Assembly: GCF_018977255.1 (NCBI RefSeq)
Contig: NW_024704744.1
Span: 38,378,001 to 38,442,000 of the forward strand
DNA from: Callorhinchus milii
Lineage: Eukaryota
DNA: 64,000 nt
Reading direction: 5' to 3'
Below the pieces are notes generated by a model. The model saw only the letters and a list, made by a program, of their open reading frames with translations, searched no databases and was not told the origin of the DNA. Made by a program: the position numbers and the translations under genes. Below, one piece after another: positions 11,846-24,665 of this stretch. Positions within the stretch are counted from its first letter, which is position 1. Each line of letters opens with the position of its first letter.

Positions 11846-12682
11846 GAGTCCTGGCCTCAATCATTCTTCCTGATAACCCTCTGTGTAAAGAAATGCTTCC
11901 TTTTGTCCTAAAATTCACTATTTATAATTCTGATCCTGAGTCCTCTGTTCTGGGTTCATGTCGTCTTCCACACTGCTTTTATATAGAGAACATGATTACT
12001 TATTTTTGCTCCTGAATGGAACTGTTTTACAAATACTCTGGCTCCAACTTTTTTGCCATTGGTCAAAATATATTTACATTTTGCCATTGGTCAAAAATTG
12101 CTCAGCAGGTGCAAAAGGAATCTTAAGCAGCCATATATCAGATAAACACAATGGCGGATTATATTCATCTTAATATTTTCTCAAACTAACACCCCTAAAA
12201 ACTCCATATTTTAGTATCAGAACACAAGGCTTTCCTTGTAATGTCACTCCTGCTATATAACGCATTCACTGTTCTCAGTCTACACAGAATCAGCTTCTAT
12301 GTTGTTACCTTGCTCAATAATAACTGTGAAATTGGAATAAAGGGGAGAAATGAATGTCTTATCTACAACACACAATGTAGCAGATGGCCACAGGATAGAT
12401 TAGATCACACATCGGGGGTACCTCACAGATTTCTGGGCTTATCTGCTGGCTGCTCATGCTCCTAATTCACTCTGGCCATCCATTATTCAATAGGCAATGG
12501 TCCACCCCTCTGCCTGACATCTACTGTGATATTGCACCCGGTACATCAAACCCCAGTTATTTATTACTGGCACCCTATTAACCTGTTCCATTAATTTACT
12601 TTTTAAGTAACTTGGAATAATACTTTGCCATGAAAATGGGGCTGAGGAGATAGAAGTTTTTCACATACACTGTACAATATAT

Positions 12683-12955
12683 TAATAATAATCCTTGCAT
12701 TTGATATAGAGTTTTATGATGTCTTCGAGACGTCTCGAAGCACTTCACAGAATATACTGTGAAGTGAGTTAATTGTATATTTTGTGGGTGAATATTGTAT
12801 TACAATCAGTATTACACATCATTGCCATGCTCAAATTGGCTACCGTGTTCGTCCACAAAATGCACAATCACTGTAACAGTATATCCTTTGATGTGCTTTG
12901 AGACATCCTCCCGACCAAAAGACACAAGATTAAACATAAGGGTTGTTATTATTAA
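12683..12955. mobile_element. Two SINE 3' fragments back to back (minus 12683-12792, plus about 12815-12955)
   Basis: Both match the SINE 3' half in opposite orientations. Confidence 0.7.
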
Positions 12956-14079
12956 TGATATGAAATCTTTAAGATGATCAGAACAAGTATAATTACACAT
13001 GGAAACTGATTGATGAACACTCAAAAGGCGAGAGCTCTGACACACTCTTGTAACTGGTTTAAAAGTGACAGTCTGACTCCCATTCCGAAAGCATCCGCCT
13101 TTTTACTCAAAACACCAAAAATGACCCCACTATAGACTGTTTGTCTCCAAGGTGATTCTATTTTGTGATTTTCAAAGTTCACAAGTTTACTCGGCAAAAT
13201 GGTTTCTGAATTGTCATGAATTACTCGGCCTTGCCAATTATTCTATGCTCAGGGCAGTTTCCAGTTGCAAATGCAGTGGTTCTGATGTGTTCACTTAAAA
13301 TAAGCTGTGGCTGTATTAAATTAGAGATGCTAGCATTGTTCTAGTTCAGGCTTTTAGTTTTGTATGCACAAGACTGGTGCAAGGAAGACACAAGACAAAA
13401 GATAGCTGCTTGCGAGAAACATGGGACATTCTTATTGCATTTTGGTTGCATCCTTGGGTCCTCTGCATAATTTGTAGAGTTACACTGCACCCAAACAGCA
13501 GGTTTACTCTAAATAGTCTTATAAACTGTGCTCATGCATAACACAATGACATTCCAACAGTAAAACTGATGCCAAAGAGCCAGCCATGTTCTAAATTATA
13601 AGTGGGGAAAGGCTTTCAGGGAACAAAAATGTTTAACATTTGTGCTTCCCGAGACCATGATTCAAGATTTTTCACAAGAGTCAAGTGATCTTAAGGATCT
13701 GAAAATGGGCCGGAGGAGTGCCAATTAGCCTAAAAATTCAAAAAGGATTTTAAGATAAAAGGGCATTCTAGTAGATAAAACTTGACAGGTTTAAAAAAAA
13801 TTCAGTTCTGCAGTTTGAAGGTGGGAGTGGGGGGGGGGGGGTGCGAGGATGGAGAAGGAAGGGATTTCATCCCCAAACCACTTATTAAGCATTCTGTCCC
13901 TGTGTGATAAAATAATTTGTAATGCTTTTGGGTAGAACATCATTGATCCACATCAAATCCACTTGTTTTGTTAATTTACCCCAATTTGTTTAACCTTTCT
14001 GCTATATTCCTACTGCACGTCACACAGAGATTCAATGTTAAGCACATCACATATAATGAAAAAACCTCGGGGGGAGGGG

Positions 14080-14200
14080 GTCAAGCAGAGCAGTGCAATT
14101 GGCCTCATTTTCCCTGAGGTGGTGGGAGGGAAAATCAGCTGGGGTTCCCATGCCTGTTCATCAACTATCACCCCCTTTATGAAGGGTCCCTCGAGTGTGC
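14080..14200 (+). repeat. Ancient unclassified interspersed repeat (also at about 18680-18860 +, 54290-54485 -, 62130-62470 +)
   Basis: Shared motifs caattggcctc...ggagggaaaatcagc...ggttcc and gggctcagctgtgat across copies. Confidence 0.5.
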
Positions 14201-14312
14201 AGATAAGGCAAAGACAGGGTCTCAGTTCTAATGCCCGTAAATTTCAAAACACCTCTCTGTTCTTCACTCGTATGGACTCGCAAGTGAAAGAACAGCTATT
14301 TATGATGAATAG

Positions 14313-14500
14313 TAATAATCCTTGCATTTGACATTTAAATAATAATAATTTGGTCACTTACACCATGACTGTTTGTGGGACACTGCTGCGTGCAATTGGC
14401 TGTCGTGTTTCACCCACAAAACAGGCAGTCAATTTACTTTACAGTATATTCTGTGAAGCGCTTTGAGACATCTAAAAGACTTGATAAGGCTCTACATCAA
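14313..14500. mobile_element. Inverted SINE tail stub (14313-14331, minus) fused to a 5'-truncated SINE (about 14338-14500, plus)
   Basis: taataatccttgcatttga, then aataataatttggtcac...tgtttgtgggacactgctgcgtgcaattggctg. Confidence 0.75.
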
Positions 14501-15359
14501 AACAATGCCAGAAGTCTGGACACCACATGTGTAGCTGTTATGCAGCAACAAACCCCTTCAGAAAACTGGAAAGAAAGTTTTAATTTTTCTAAAAGAAACC
14601 CCCCAAAGAATGTTAAATAATTAAAATTACAAACATACAGCTTTCGGTTTGCATTTTCCTTTCTCTGTGGACCCGAGTTGCGATAAATTTTGCTACACTT
14701 TCCTTTTATTGTTATACTTGTAGCCCAAGAAATGACTAACTAATGTTTTTGATCTCACTGGGAAGACCACACATCAGTCAAACCCTTGGTGGAGACAACT
14801 GGACATGCTGGAGAATCAAGGTTGAAAACTGGAGCAGTTGAGACTATTGATGCTGTTTCCTTTGATATGTAAAGTTCCAGCTGCTGTGGGGAAGTTGACA
14901 TTTGCTCTGAATGACATAGGTAGGGCTCAGCTTTAACTTCACTCAACACATCCCAGAATGTTCTCCTTAATTGTTTGAAAATAAATTCATCACGCCACTG
15001 ACCCATTCCATTTTTCCCCACCAAGGTCTCCTGTCCAAGAGGCTGCCCCAGGAGAAGGACGCTATATAAATTCATTGTTGTTGTTATGGTGTCACTTTGA
15101 CACATGTCCACTTGCAGCTCCCCGCTCAAAAAATGTGAATGCCTCAGTTTGAATCCTATACCTGTGAACTTTACCCCAGTAAGCATAAAAAACTGATTTG
15201 AACTCCCAAGCAGTAACACTTTGCTGTTAACTAGTGTGCCTACTTGTTGATCATGCTCTAATACTACGACACAATTCATCCCTTGAGTAACATTTTGAGA
15301 TACTACCATCATTGATTCCAATGTCCACCACTGACGTTTTCCCCCAAAACTCAGTTGCT

Positions 15360-15451
15360 CCACTTTACAGTAAATCCTTCAAAGTGCCCCGAGACATCCT
15401 GCTGATGTGAAACGCGCTGTACCAAATACAAGGATCATTATTATTATTATT
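15360..15451 (+). mobile_element. SINE 3' tail fragment
   Basis: cactttacagta...gagacatcctgctgatgtgaaacgcgct...aaggatcattattattatt. Confidence 0.7.
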
Positions 15452-16944
15452 GCAGTTGGCATATCCCATAAAGAATGAAACTATCTGTAAAATTTCAAAT
15501 CACAATTTCTTACATCAGCTGAACGTATTTTTACAGCTGTGTCATTTCAGACCAATTCAAAAGCCTAATGAATGGAAAATTCAATTGACTGATTATATTA
15601 TCAAACCAGCACTTTTGCAATATGGAGATCATAGTGCAAGTGTATGTAATTTTTAAGTCCTGGTACAGTATTTATAGTGTTTGATTTGCTGAGACCACAA
15701 GAAGAACATATTGAGCAAACAATCTTGGACAACTGGGGCTCACTCAGTGGAGGTCAAAGCATAAATCTGTGAGGTGCTGAATGCATAGTTAATCTTGGGA
15801 CAGTATCGAAGAGCTGTTTAATCCTTTTGGGCACAGAAGGATCTTTTCAAGGCCTCCAAATCTGCACCCCTTTTGTTTAACGCAAGGTTCACAAAATGGA
15901 TGCTTTCTGTCAATTTGTGAGGAAGACAGTCACAAAGAGAGCCAAGCCAGAGAAATACAAATACCAAAGAACGGCTCTTACTTCAGAATATTTGTGAATC
16001 AAACTATAGAATACATTACAACCTGGTTAAATATTTTGACATTGCTTGCAAAAATGCTCTGGTAACTCTCAATTTGATTTCATACTCCTTAGAATATTCC
16101 ATATCCAAAGCAAAAATGATACCATTGTTTCTATATTGAGTTTGTATTTAAAAGGCTCATTTTTAAATGCTCAAGACTACTGTCAGTTTCATTTTCGCAG
16201 TGCTCTGGTCAAAATTCTTATACCGTTTTTGCCACATGTTTTAGCAATGTAAAACTAGACTTGACGTAACAGAAGCGATTTTGTTTTGTTTTCTATTTCT
16301 GCAGAAGAAAAGCAACCTCTTTGATTTTGCTCTGTTTTTGTGCCTTTTGAGGTACATTAAATTGGCAAAAGCTCATTGGAATGCACACTGACCTTTCACC
16401 CCTGTCATCCATCTGCTGCTGAATTCACTTTGGTCGAAAGGGCCTGATGAAGTGTCACGTGAGCAATAACAAAATCATAGCAGGCTGAACGGCAAAACTC
16501 AGAATTGCACCAAATGCACCTCATGCAACTGAAGATCAGCTTCTGGCTAAATTACTGATAATCAGCAAAATTCAATGGTGGTCAGTCCTAAGGAAATTAT
16601 AAATGTTGCTGAAGAGGAGAAGGTTCAGATGAAAGATGATTTAGTTATGTGAAATAATAGACAAGATTGTGGAGTGGCAGGGCATGGGTTACTCTTCATA
16701 GGATAAGCTTCTGGTCTCACTCGCTTTGTCTGCTGGAGCTACTGCGTAGACGCAAGCTGCCTCTTCAAGAGGCAAATTCAGAGGACAGGTTACTGAAAAC
16801 CAGTGTTGGACACATATTATGGGCTGGTTCAATACATGCAGTGATAGGTCCAGCAACAAGTTTAATGAAATGCTCTTAAGCGGGAACAGACATACTCCTG
16901 ATTTGAAAAATACTACATCAACTGTAAGAATTATTACATGAGAT

Positions 16945-17085
16945 TATTGGGGCCAAGGGATCTTTAATGTCCACTGAACAGGTTGACAGATGAGGCCTGG
17001 GTTTAACATCGCTTCGGAAGGATGGCAACTCATGACAATGCAGCACATCCCCAGCAGTGCGCTGGAGTGTCAGCTTCGACTTTAT
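16945..17085 (-). mobile_element. Deu-SINE core fragment
   Basis: Reverse complement of ctgacactccagcgcactgctggggatgtgctgcattgtc...ccttccgaagcgatgttaaacccaggcc...ggacattaaagatccc (Deu domain). Confidence 0.8.
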
Positions 17086-18480
17086 CAACAACAACAACAA
17101 CAACAAGATTGCATTTATAGAGTGCCTTTCACGTCGGGAGGACGTCCCAAGGCGCTGGACAATTGGGTCGGGACCCGAGCAGGGGGGAAATGGTCAGGGT
17201 GAGGGGAGGGAAGGGAGGGAGCGAGGAGGGGGTAGAGAGTTGAGAGGGGAGCTGAAGGCACGATCAAAGAGAAAGGTCTTGAGACCGGCCTTGAAGGAGG
17301 AAAGGGAGGAAGCAAGGCGAAGGAAGGCACTGGGGGATGGAGTTCCAGAGCCTAGGGGCTGAGAGGCTGAAGGCCCGGCCACTGATGGTAGGGCGGTTAG
17401 GGTGGGGGAATGGAGCAAACCGGAGCCAGAGGAACGGAGGGTACGGGCAGGTAAGTAGGGGGATAATAGGTCGGAGAGGTAGGAGGGTGCAAGGCCGTGA
17501 ATGGCCTTGTAGGTGAGGATGAGGATCTTGAATTTGATCCTCTGGGGGATGGGAAGCCAGTGGAGGCGAGCGAGGGTGGGAGTGATGTGGTCGCGTAGCC
17601 TGGTGCGGGACAGTACACGAGCTGCAGAGTTCTGAATGATCTGCAGCTTGTGGAGGGAGGAGTTGGGGAAGCCGATAAGGAAGGAGTTTCCATTTTCGAG
17701 CCTTGAGGTGATGAATGTGTGTATGAGGGTTTTGGTGGCCTGAGTGATAAAGCAGTGGCGGTGTTGGGCAATGTTGCAGAGATGGGGGAAGTTAAAGTGG
17801 TTCATCAACAACAACAACAAGACTGCACTTATAGAGTGCCTTTCACGTCGGGAGGACATCCCAAGGCTCATGGCATGGATATGGGAGAGAAAGGACAGTT
17901 GAGGGTCGAAGGGGTCGCCAAGGTTTCTAACTGGCTGGTGAGGTGGAGTGTGCATCCCTGGATGCTGATGCTGCCAGTGCCTGAGGTGCTGAGGCACTGA
18001 TGTGAGCCAATCAGGAGGGCTTCAGTCTTGCTGACATTCAGCTGTAGAAAGCTGACTCTCATCCAGGACTTGATGTCAGACAGACATTTGTCAGGATGTC
18101 AGTTGTCCTGGTATCGAGGGTGGAGGCAGAGAGATAGAGTTGGGTGTCATCCACGTACATGTGTCAGTTGACCACATGTCTGTGAATGATGTCACCAAGG
18201 GGGAGCATGTAGAGGTTGAAGAGGAGGGGACCAAGGACAGAGCCCTAAGGAATGCCACACGGGACTGTGTGGGGGTTGGAAGAGAAACTGATGGCGGAGA
18301 CAAATTGGAGACGGTGTGAGAGATAAGACCTGGACCATTCAAGGACAGAACCTTGAAGGTTGCAGTGAGAGGAGAGGCAGTGGAGGAGGATGGAATGGTC
18401 CATGGTATTAAAGGCAGCAGAGGTCGAGCGGGACAAAGAGGCAAAGGGAGCCCTGGTCACAGATGGACAAAGTGTCATTT
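17086..18480 (-). mobile_element. L2-clade LINE, 5'-truncated (about 1.4 kb, RT to tail), with a nested L2 tail at 17806-17867
   Basis: RT motif SAAFNTMDHSILLH...EWSRSYLSHR.QFV...CGIP; C-terminal LQIIQNSAARVLSRTRLRDHITPTLARLHWLPIPQRIKFKILILTYKAIHGLAPSYL; (TTG)n tail. Confidence 0.93.
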
Positions 18481-19049
18481 GTCCCCTTGACCATAGCACA
18501 CTGAAGTGATAGTATGTCTTTTAGGCAAATGTTAGGGAGTGCTTTTGGATGTTATACCAAACAAAACATAAAAACAACTTTTATGTTTTCTTTACCTCTC
18601 AAAAAGTAAAAAAAGACATGCCTATGTTTGAGATACTACTCACTAAGCATTGAAAATGCGGTTGTAGAGGTGCTAAAATAGGTTTCAGCATCGCTGGATC
18701 GGTAAGAAAGGAGGAGCAGGAGGAAAAATATCACAATTCAATGATCCCTATGGGAAAGTGGGTGTTTTGTTGCGTGGGTGCATGCCTTGAGCGAAGATAG
18801 GATCAAGCTCAGCTGTGATCCATGATGCCCCGCGCAACTGCCGAGTGCATGTGAGCCAAATTCCTGTGGGTTGGCTTCACGTACATAGGGTTCCCTGGGG
18901 GAGATGCACTTTATATCCTGAGGAGCCTTTTCAGGCATGAGATGTCATTTGAAATACCATTGGTCCCGATGGTGCTTTTTATATTGCAGTACTGGGGATA
19001 GGCGAGCACGTCACTAGAACATTTTCTTACAGTCTTTACATTTTTACAG

Positions 19050-19140
19050 AACCTTTCATGTTGGGGGGATGTCCAAAGATGCTTCCCGGTCTTTGCTGGA
19101 CCCCCGAGCTGGGGTTAGAATCCAAGGGGATGGAAAGGGG
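19050..19140 (-). mobile_element. L2 3' end fragment
   Basis: cctttcatgttgggggatgtccaaag...cccgagctgggg. Confidence 0.65.
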
Positions 19141-19144
19141 AAAG

Positions 19145-19501
19145 ATAATAATAATAATCCGTGCATTTGATATAGTGCCTTATCACATCTTCGAGACGTC
19201 TCAAAGCACTTCACAGAATATATGTATGTGGGCGACTGTATGTGGGCGAAACACAGCATCCAACTGCGCACAGCAGTGTCCCACAAAGTTATGGATTGAT
19301 GTGAACAATTTTTTTAAAAAAGGAATTATTACCCCTGGAAAAGTGATCCACCAATCGATTAACAACAGAGTTCCTACTTACTGCTAGGTAAATAGAGGCC
19401 TTTGGAGTAAGAAACTTGCCCAATGTTTCGCCCTGCCAGGAATCGAACCCAGCTCACTTGCTTGCGAGTCGAGTGCTCTCACTACTGAGCTCCAGGACTC
19501 C
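19145..19501 (-). mobile_element. Full-length tRNA-derived SINE, long/older subfamily
   Basis: Head GGAGTCCTGGAGCTCAGTAG...GGTTCGATTCC; extra internal segment of about 65 bp; tail gagacgtctcgaagatgtgataagg...(att)n. Confidence 0.9.
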
Positions 19502-19869
19502 GCGTGAACTACAGGACGTGATGACTGCAAGTGCAGTCAAAGAACTAGGTCTTGAATTCAAGAACTTTACAAAATATTACATACATGATGTTATATTTTA
19601 GGACAATGGACTTAATGGCTGAAAACACAAGAGATTTTTTTCTGTGATTCCTTATGACGTGGGCCCGAGCTAACAACATTTTGGCTCAAGAGCAAATTGG
19701 CCTCAATAACGGTTGATTTATTATTATCTATAATTTTTATCTCAATTACAGCCTTCCTCTTCCGTTTCCTCATGTCTCAATGTACAAATGGATTCGCCAC
19801 AAAAAGGCAAAGTGAATAGCAATACAAGCAGAGTGCTCCTTTAGTTTCTTTCCACAATCAAAACATATG

Positions 19870-20165
19870 GATCTTAGGTGGATGTTAATAAGCTATTTCA
19901 ACTGTTGTTGAGTCCAAAATGATGGGGCATAAATATAAGACAGCCAATGATAGGTCCAATAGTTTAGGAGGAATTTCTTCACGCAGAGAGCGGTGAAAAT
20001 ATGCAACTTGCTGCTGGAAGCTGTGGTCAAAGCAAATTGCGTCAATGTACTTAAAAGAAAACTTGCTGCATAAATGTTGGAGAAGGGAATGGAGGGGCAC
20101 AAGAGAAGGGATTAGGAGTGGTGGAGACTCGTTGGAGCATAAACACTGGTAAGGACTGATTTTGA
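19870..20165 (+). mobile_element. CR1 LINE 3' end, decayed
   Basis: aggaggaatttcttcacgcagagagcggtg (RRNFFTQR.V) and CR1-type 3' UTR ggagcataaacactgg. Confidence 0.75.
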
Positions 20166-21291
20166 ATATTGTGTTATTGTACACAGGCAGAGTTACTCGT
20201 CAGAGGCAGTTTGCTTTTGCAAATAGAATTATTCACGTCTAACTCAAGATTCAACTTCCCTCCATCGGCTACAGTGACTGCTTGTGAAATGAGATTAGCT
20301 CACCCACATATTAAATTAAATGACAGCCTTAGCAAAGAATTCTACATTGCTTACAACTTATGGCAAAAACTAGAGCTAGAATACTGGATTTCCATGTGTA
20401 AAATCAAGTAAATACAGTACAACAGAGTGCATCATAAACTCCAAGAGCAATGGTTGAAGGTTTTATAACTGAGCCCTCTGATATGCCCACAGCCTTGAAC
20501 AAACAGACTTACGTTATTTTTCAAAATAAACATGCTGAGAAGTACTTGGGGTGTTTTATTATGTAGAGCTTTTTCCTGTTGTAAGTAGGCGACCCGTGAT
20601 TGACACTGACAGACAGCAATATGTGACAACAATCGTGCTTGAGGGATTAATGATTATATGAACATCACTGCAAGTTTTTTTCAAGTGACAAACGGCCCAT
20701 GGATGTGAAATGAGTCAACATATATGTTTACACTCTGAGATGCTACCCACACTATATAAATGCAAGTTGTTGTTCGTTATTTTAATCTTAGCAATTCCGG
20801 CACCAGTGTCAATTACTCTCCAAATACAGCGATAAGTAAGAACAAAAATCCACACTTGCTCATACAATAGGTACACATTTAGTACTGCTAATAAAGATTC
20901 TTTTCATCTTACAACTTGTTATTCAGTGTTATTCGCAAGATTGTTGATGACATCAAATTGCGACATTTTGGGGCTCGGAAATTTAAGATGTCCTTTAAGA
21001 TGAGTAACCATATCAGTGGTGGGAAATCCTCTCAGGAAAGGTTACAATGTAGATGTTATTACAGCTCTATGACAGCTTGCTATTTTCCTATACTTCGCTG
21101 TGCTTCAAAACTCTGACAATGCTTGTCATTCTTATTTTGAAGTAAGACTGTACACAGTAACCAGCATGAGATGTAGATCCAAGACTTACAGATCACTCCC
21201 CACTTCCAATCTCTACTTCATGACTGTTTGTGGGAATTGCTATGAGCCAATTTGCTGCCGTGTCTGCTTACAAAATATACAAGTAACTACA

Positions 21292-21645
21292 ATCACCATT
21301 CATGGTTGCACACTCCACCTTACTAGTCCGGAACCTTGGGGTCTTGTTCGACCCTCAACTATTCTTTCTACCCCACATCTGCGCCATGGCCCACTCTGCC
21401 TTCCCCCACCTCCGCAACATCGCCCGGCTCTGACACTGTCTCACACCGCAGGCCACCAAAACCCTCATACACGCCTTCATTACATCGAGGTACAACTATG
21501 CAAACTCCTTGCTTGTCGGCCTCGCCAACTTCTCCCTCCACAGGCTGCAGATCATCCAGAACTCTGCAGCCCATGTCCTCTCCCACACCAGGCTCCGCGA
21601 CCCTATCACCCCCACCCTCACCCGGCTCTACTGGCTCCCCATCCA
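21292..21645 (+). mobile_element. L2 internal fragment
   Basis: LVGLANFSLHRLQIIQNSAAHVLSHTRLRDPITPTLTRLYWLPI. Confidence 0.9.
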
Positions 21646-22947
21646 TTTTGTTGTTATTAGTTACACTACACCTGAAAATCACTTCATGCCCTGGCACCTC
21701 CCTTCCTCTCTGGCACAATCACACTCCACTTCTCTCTCCTCCCCCTTCTCTCAGCTAGATGTCCGTCATCCCCTCCGCTCCACAAATGGTAGCCATGGTT
21801 TCAACACTATCCGCCGACCCTCTAGAACTCCATGCCCCAATCCCTTCCATCTTCCTCCCTCTTTTCCTGCATTGGGACGTACTCCTAAAGTCTCCTAGCT
21901 ATATAATTGCGATTTGCTTGTTCAGATCACCTGAAGACTTTCCTTTTCGATCATGCCTACAGTCATATTTTCTTTTGGCCCAGCCTGACATCAACTATGA
22001 CATTGTGCAGCGTTCCAAGATGCTAGCTCATGTGAAGGGCACTGTACAAATGCAAGTTGTTGTATATCTTGTGAAGAACTTTTGAGACGTCCTCCTGACG
22101 TGGAAGGTGTTATCCCAAATGTGAGAATGTTTTTACTTCTGTCCAAGTCAGATGTATTTTACTCAAGTAAATAAAGATATCAGGAAAACCAAACATTGGG
22201 AGTACACCAGAACGCTTTTAAATTGCAACTTGATGTGGATACTTCGAATTCCATTTCTTAATGAAGTGCCAAGAAGAATTTAAACAATGTGTGTATCCAT
22301 CTGGGTTAGTCTTTTCTGCAGAATTACTTCAGCAAATAAAAAATTAGTTTTTCCCTATTTTTAATGGGATAGGTCAGCCGAGTCTTAACATGAGCTTTCC
22401 CGACTTCAGCAATGATTCCATGCTGCACAGAGGGAATGTGTGGAATAAGGTGAAATGTTACACCAGAGACTTGACCATATGGACTTCCTTGTGGATTTAT
22501 GTTGGTCAGGTCACAAGTGGAAACCATTTCATATCCCATGGATCACTGCCACATATCAAACTCTCTGCAATTCCACCAATTTCACATAAAACTCTGCATA
22601 GGAAGGAGTTTGTACTATACAAAGTGGTTTACAACTGGTAATATTTTGTTTAAAGCCACACTTATAAAGTCAACGTGAATAGATTTTTCCAAACTATAAG
22701 CCAATTATTTGGTCGTAGGAATGAGTAGAAATCTAGGTTTCTTTAAACTTTTAACTGTTCTGAGTGCAATTGAGTGCACCTTCATGAGTAGGGTAGTCCC
22801 AACTGGACAAACAACAGTGCATTTTTAGCTGGTTAAACTCTGGCAATACCAACTCTTTACCTCTCATCAATGTGCATCACATACCCTCTGGAATTAGGTA
22901 AACAAGGATGTGTCCCTTCATGGAGAGATTGTGTATTCTGTATAAAT

Positions 22948-23120
22948 GATAATGATCCTTGCATTTGATATCACATCTTATTACATCATTGAGATGTCAC
23001 ATAGCACTTCACAGGAAATATTGTAAAGTGAATTGACTGTGTATTTTGTGGATGAAATGCGGCAGCTAGATGCACATAGCAGTGTCCCACAAACTGTCGT
23101 GGATGGAGTGAACAAATGTT
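22948..23120 (-). mobile_element. SINE 3' fragment
   Basis: atccttgcatttgatat...gtaaagtgaattgactgt...cagtgtcccacaaac. Confidence 0.8.
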
Positions 23121-24023
23121 TTAATGTTTCCATGCCAGAAACAAAGACATGTCCATGTATTGGTGGTATATACATGTGGAACTCTATCTGTTTAGGATAC
23201 TCTTGAGCACTGTTATTGTGTTCCGCATATGTCAGACACCTGCCTGACCCCCTAAAAAAGAGCTTTGGTCAATTTTGGACTAAGATTTCATCAGATCAGA
23301 TTTGACTTGTATTTTAAGTTAGGTGTTTGCTCATTCCTCCTATACTACCCAAGTACAAGAAATAAACTGAATAAAATTGCAGCAAATGTATTTCTAAACC
23401 CATTTTCTCAGTACAATTACCCCTATATAATTTCATGTTTCATAACTGGATTGACATAATTACATCTTTGTGAAGCTAAAATGTCTCTTGAGGAGCTATG
23501 GAATTTAAGTCCAAATCTGTCTCCTGGACATAAAAATGTGCATTCACCAATTCTATGCTGGTGAATATACTTTTGGAGAGCTAAGCACAGCCCAGGATAG
23601 TGAATGGATGTTGCGCTGTCTGACGAGTTTTCTTTATTCAGTCCAGATTTCCAGTTACTTGTTGCCCAACAGCGTAATAAATGATACAATATGCCTTCAA
23701 AAAATTAATCCTGTAAATTACAACACAAGAGAACCATTGAAACAATTAGCATCCATAATCTTTGTTTGAAGCCATAATAATATTGTTTCTTAATATCTCC
23801 CACTTCTTATTGTAACAGCATTACACAAAATTGGACAAGTTGTGTACAGCGACGATCCACAATTTGAAATATAAAACCGTTAAGAGAACAAATAAGCAAG
23901 ACATAAATTGTAATTATTAGAGACAAAAGGAATGCAGAGTTATGATAAAGTGATATGCATGCCACAGCATTTAGTTTGTGAACAGGATTAGACAAAGAGC
24001 TTGGGTTATGCAACGGTGTGAGT

Positions 24024-24232
24024 ATAATAATAATCCCTCCAAAAAAAAAACAATAATAAATTGGTCATTTTGAATCCATGACTGTTTGTGGGACATTGCT
24101 GTGCGCAATTGGCTGCCGCGTTCGCCCACAAATATACGGTCAATTCACTTTACAGTGTGTTCTGTGAAGCGCTTTGGGACGTCCTCCCGACGTGAAAAGC
24201 GCTATATCAAATGCAAGGATTATTATTATTAT
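24024..24232 (+). mobile_element. Young SINE, short subfamily, 5'-truncated
   Basis: Near-identical to the 3' 210 bp of the copies at 24666 and 28143; CpGs retained. Confidence 0.92.
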
Positions 24233-24665
24233 ACTTAATCAAGTCCTGCTTAAAAAATTATGATGATTATTACAAAGTGAAGTTGCCGGCCAGAGCAGAT
24301 TTGGAGTCACAGCAGATACATTACTGCAGACTTGACTAAAGTCTATGGCTCTAAAACATCATTGAGGCAAGGCTATTATGGGGCTCGAAGATAAGTCGCC
24401 AAAACCATGAGAGGCATTTTTAAACTTTATTTTACACAACATGTATATCGAGGGCTGGTGCAACCCCTCAACTGTCCAGCGCCTTGGGACATCCTCCCGA
24501 CATGAAAGGTGCTAACAAATGCAATTTGTTAGAAAAAAAAGACAATTTGCGTGGAGGGCGCTTTATAAATCCAAGTTGTTGTTGTTGTTGATGACGATGC
24601 ATTTCCTAATAATGAACTCTGACTTACCAGTCAATACATCATTAAATATATAGCTGCAATATATA

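Noticed and set aside
11484-11918. ORFs of 144 and 110 aa
   Set aside because: Products of GA/TC low-complexity sequence.
16430-16470. Hammerhead-like words CGAAA and CTGATGA
   Set aside because: Only 4 nt apart and in an order that cannot accommodate stems I and III.
17194-17997. 267-aa ORF as a host gene
   Set aside because: Decayed L2 ORF2 with a nested tail insertion; no host-gene features.
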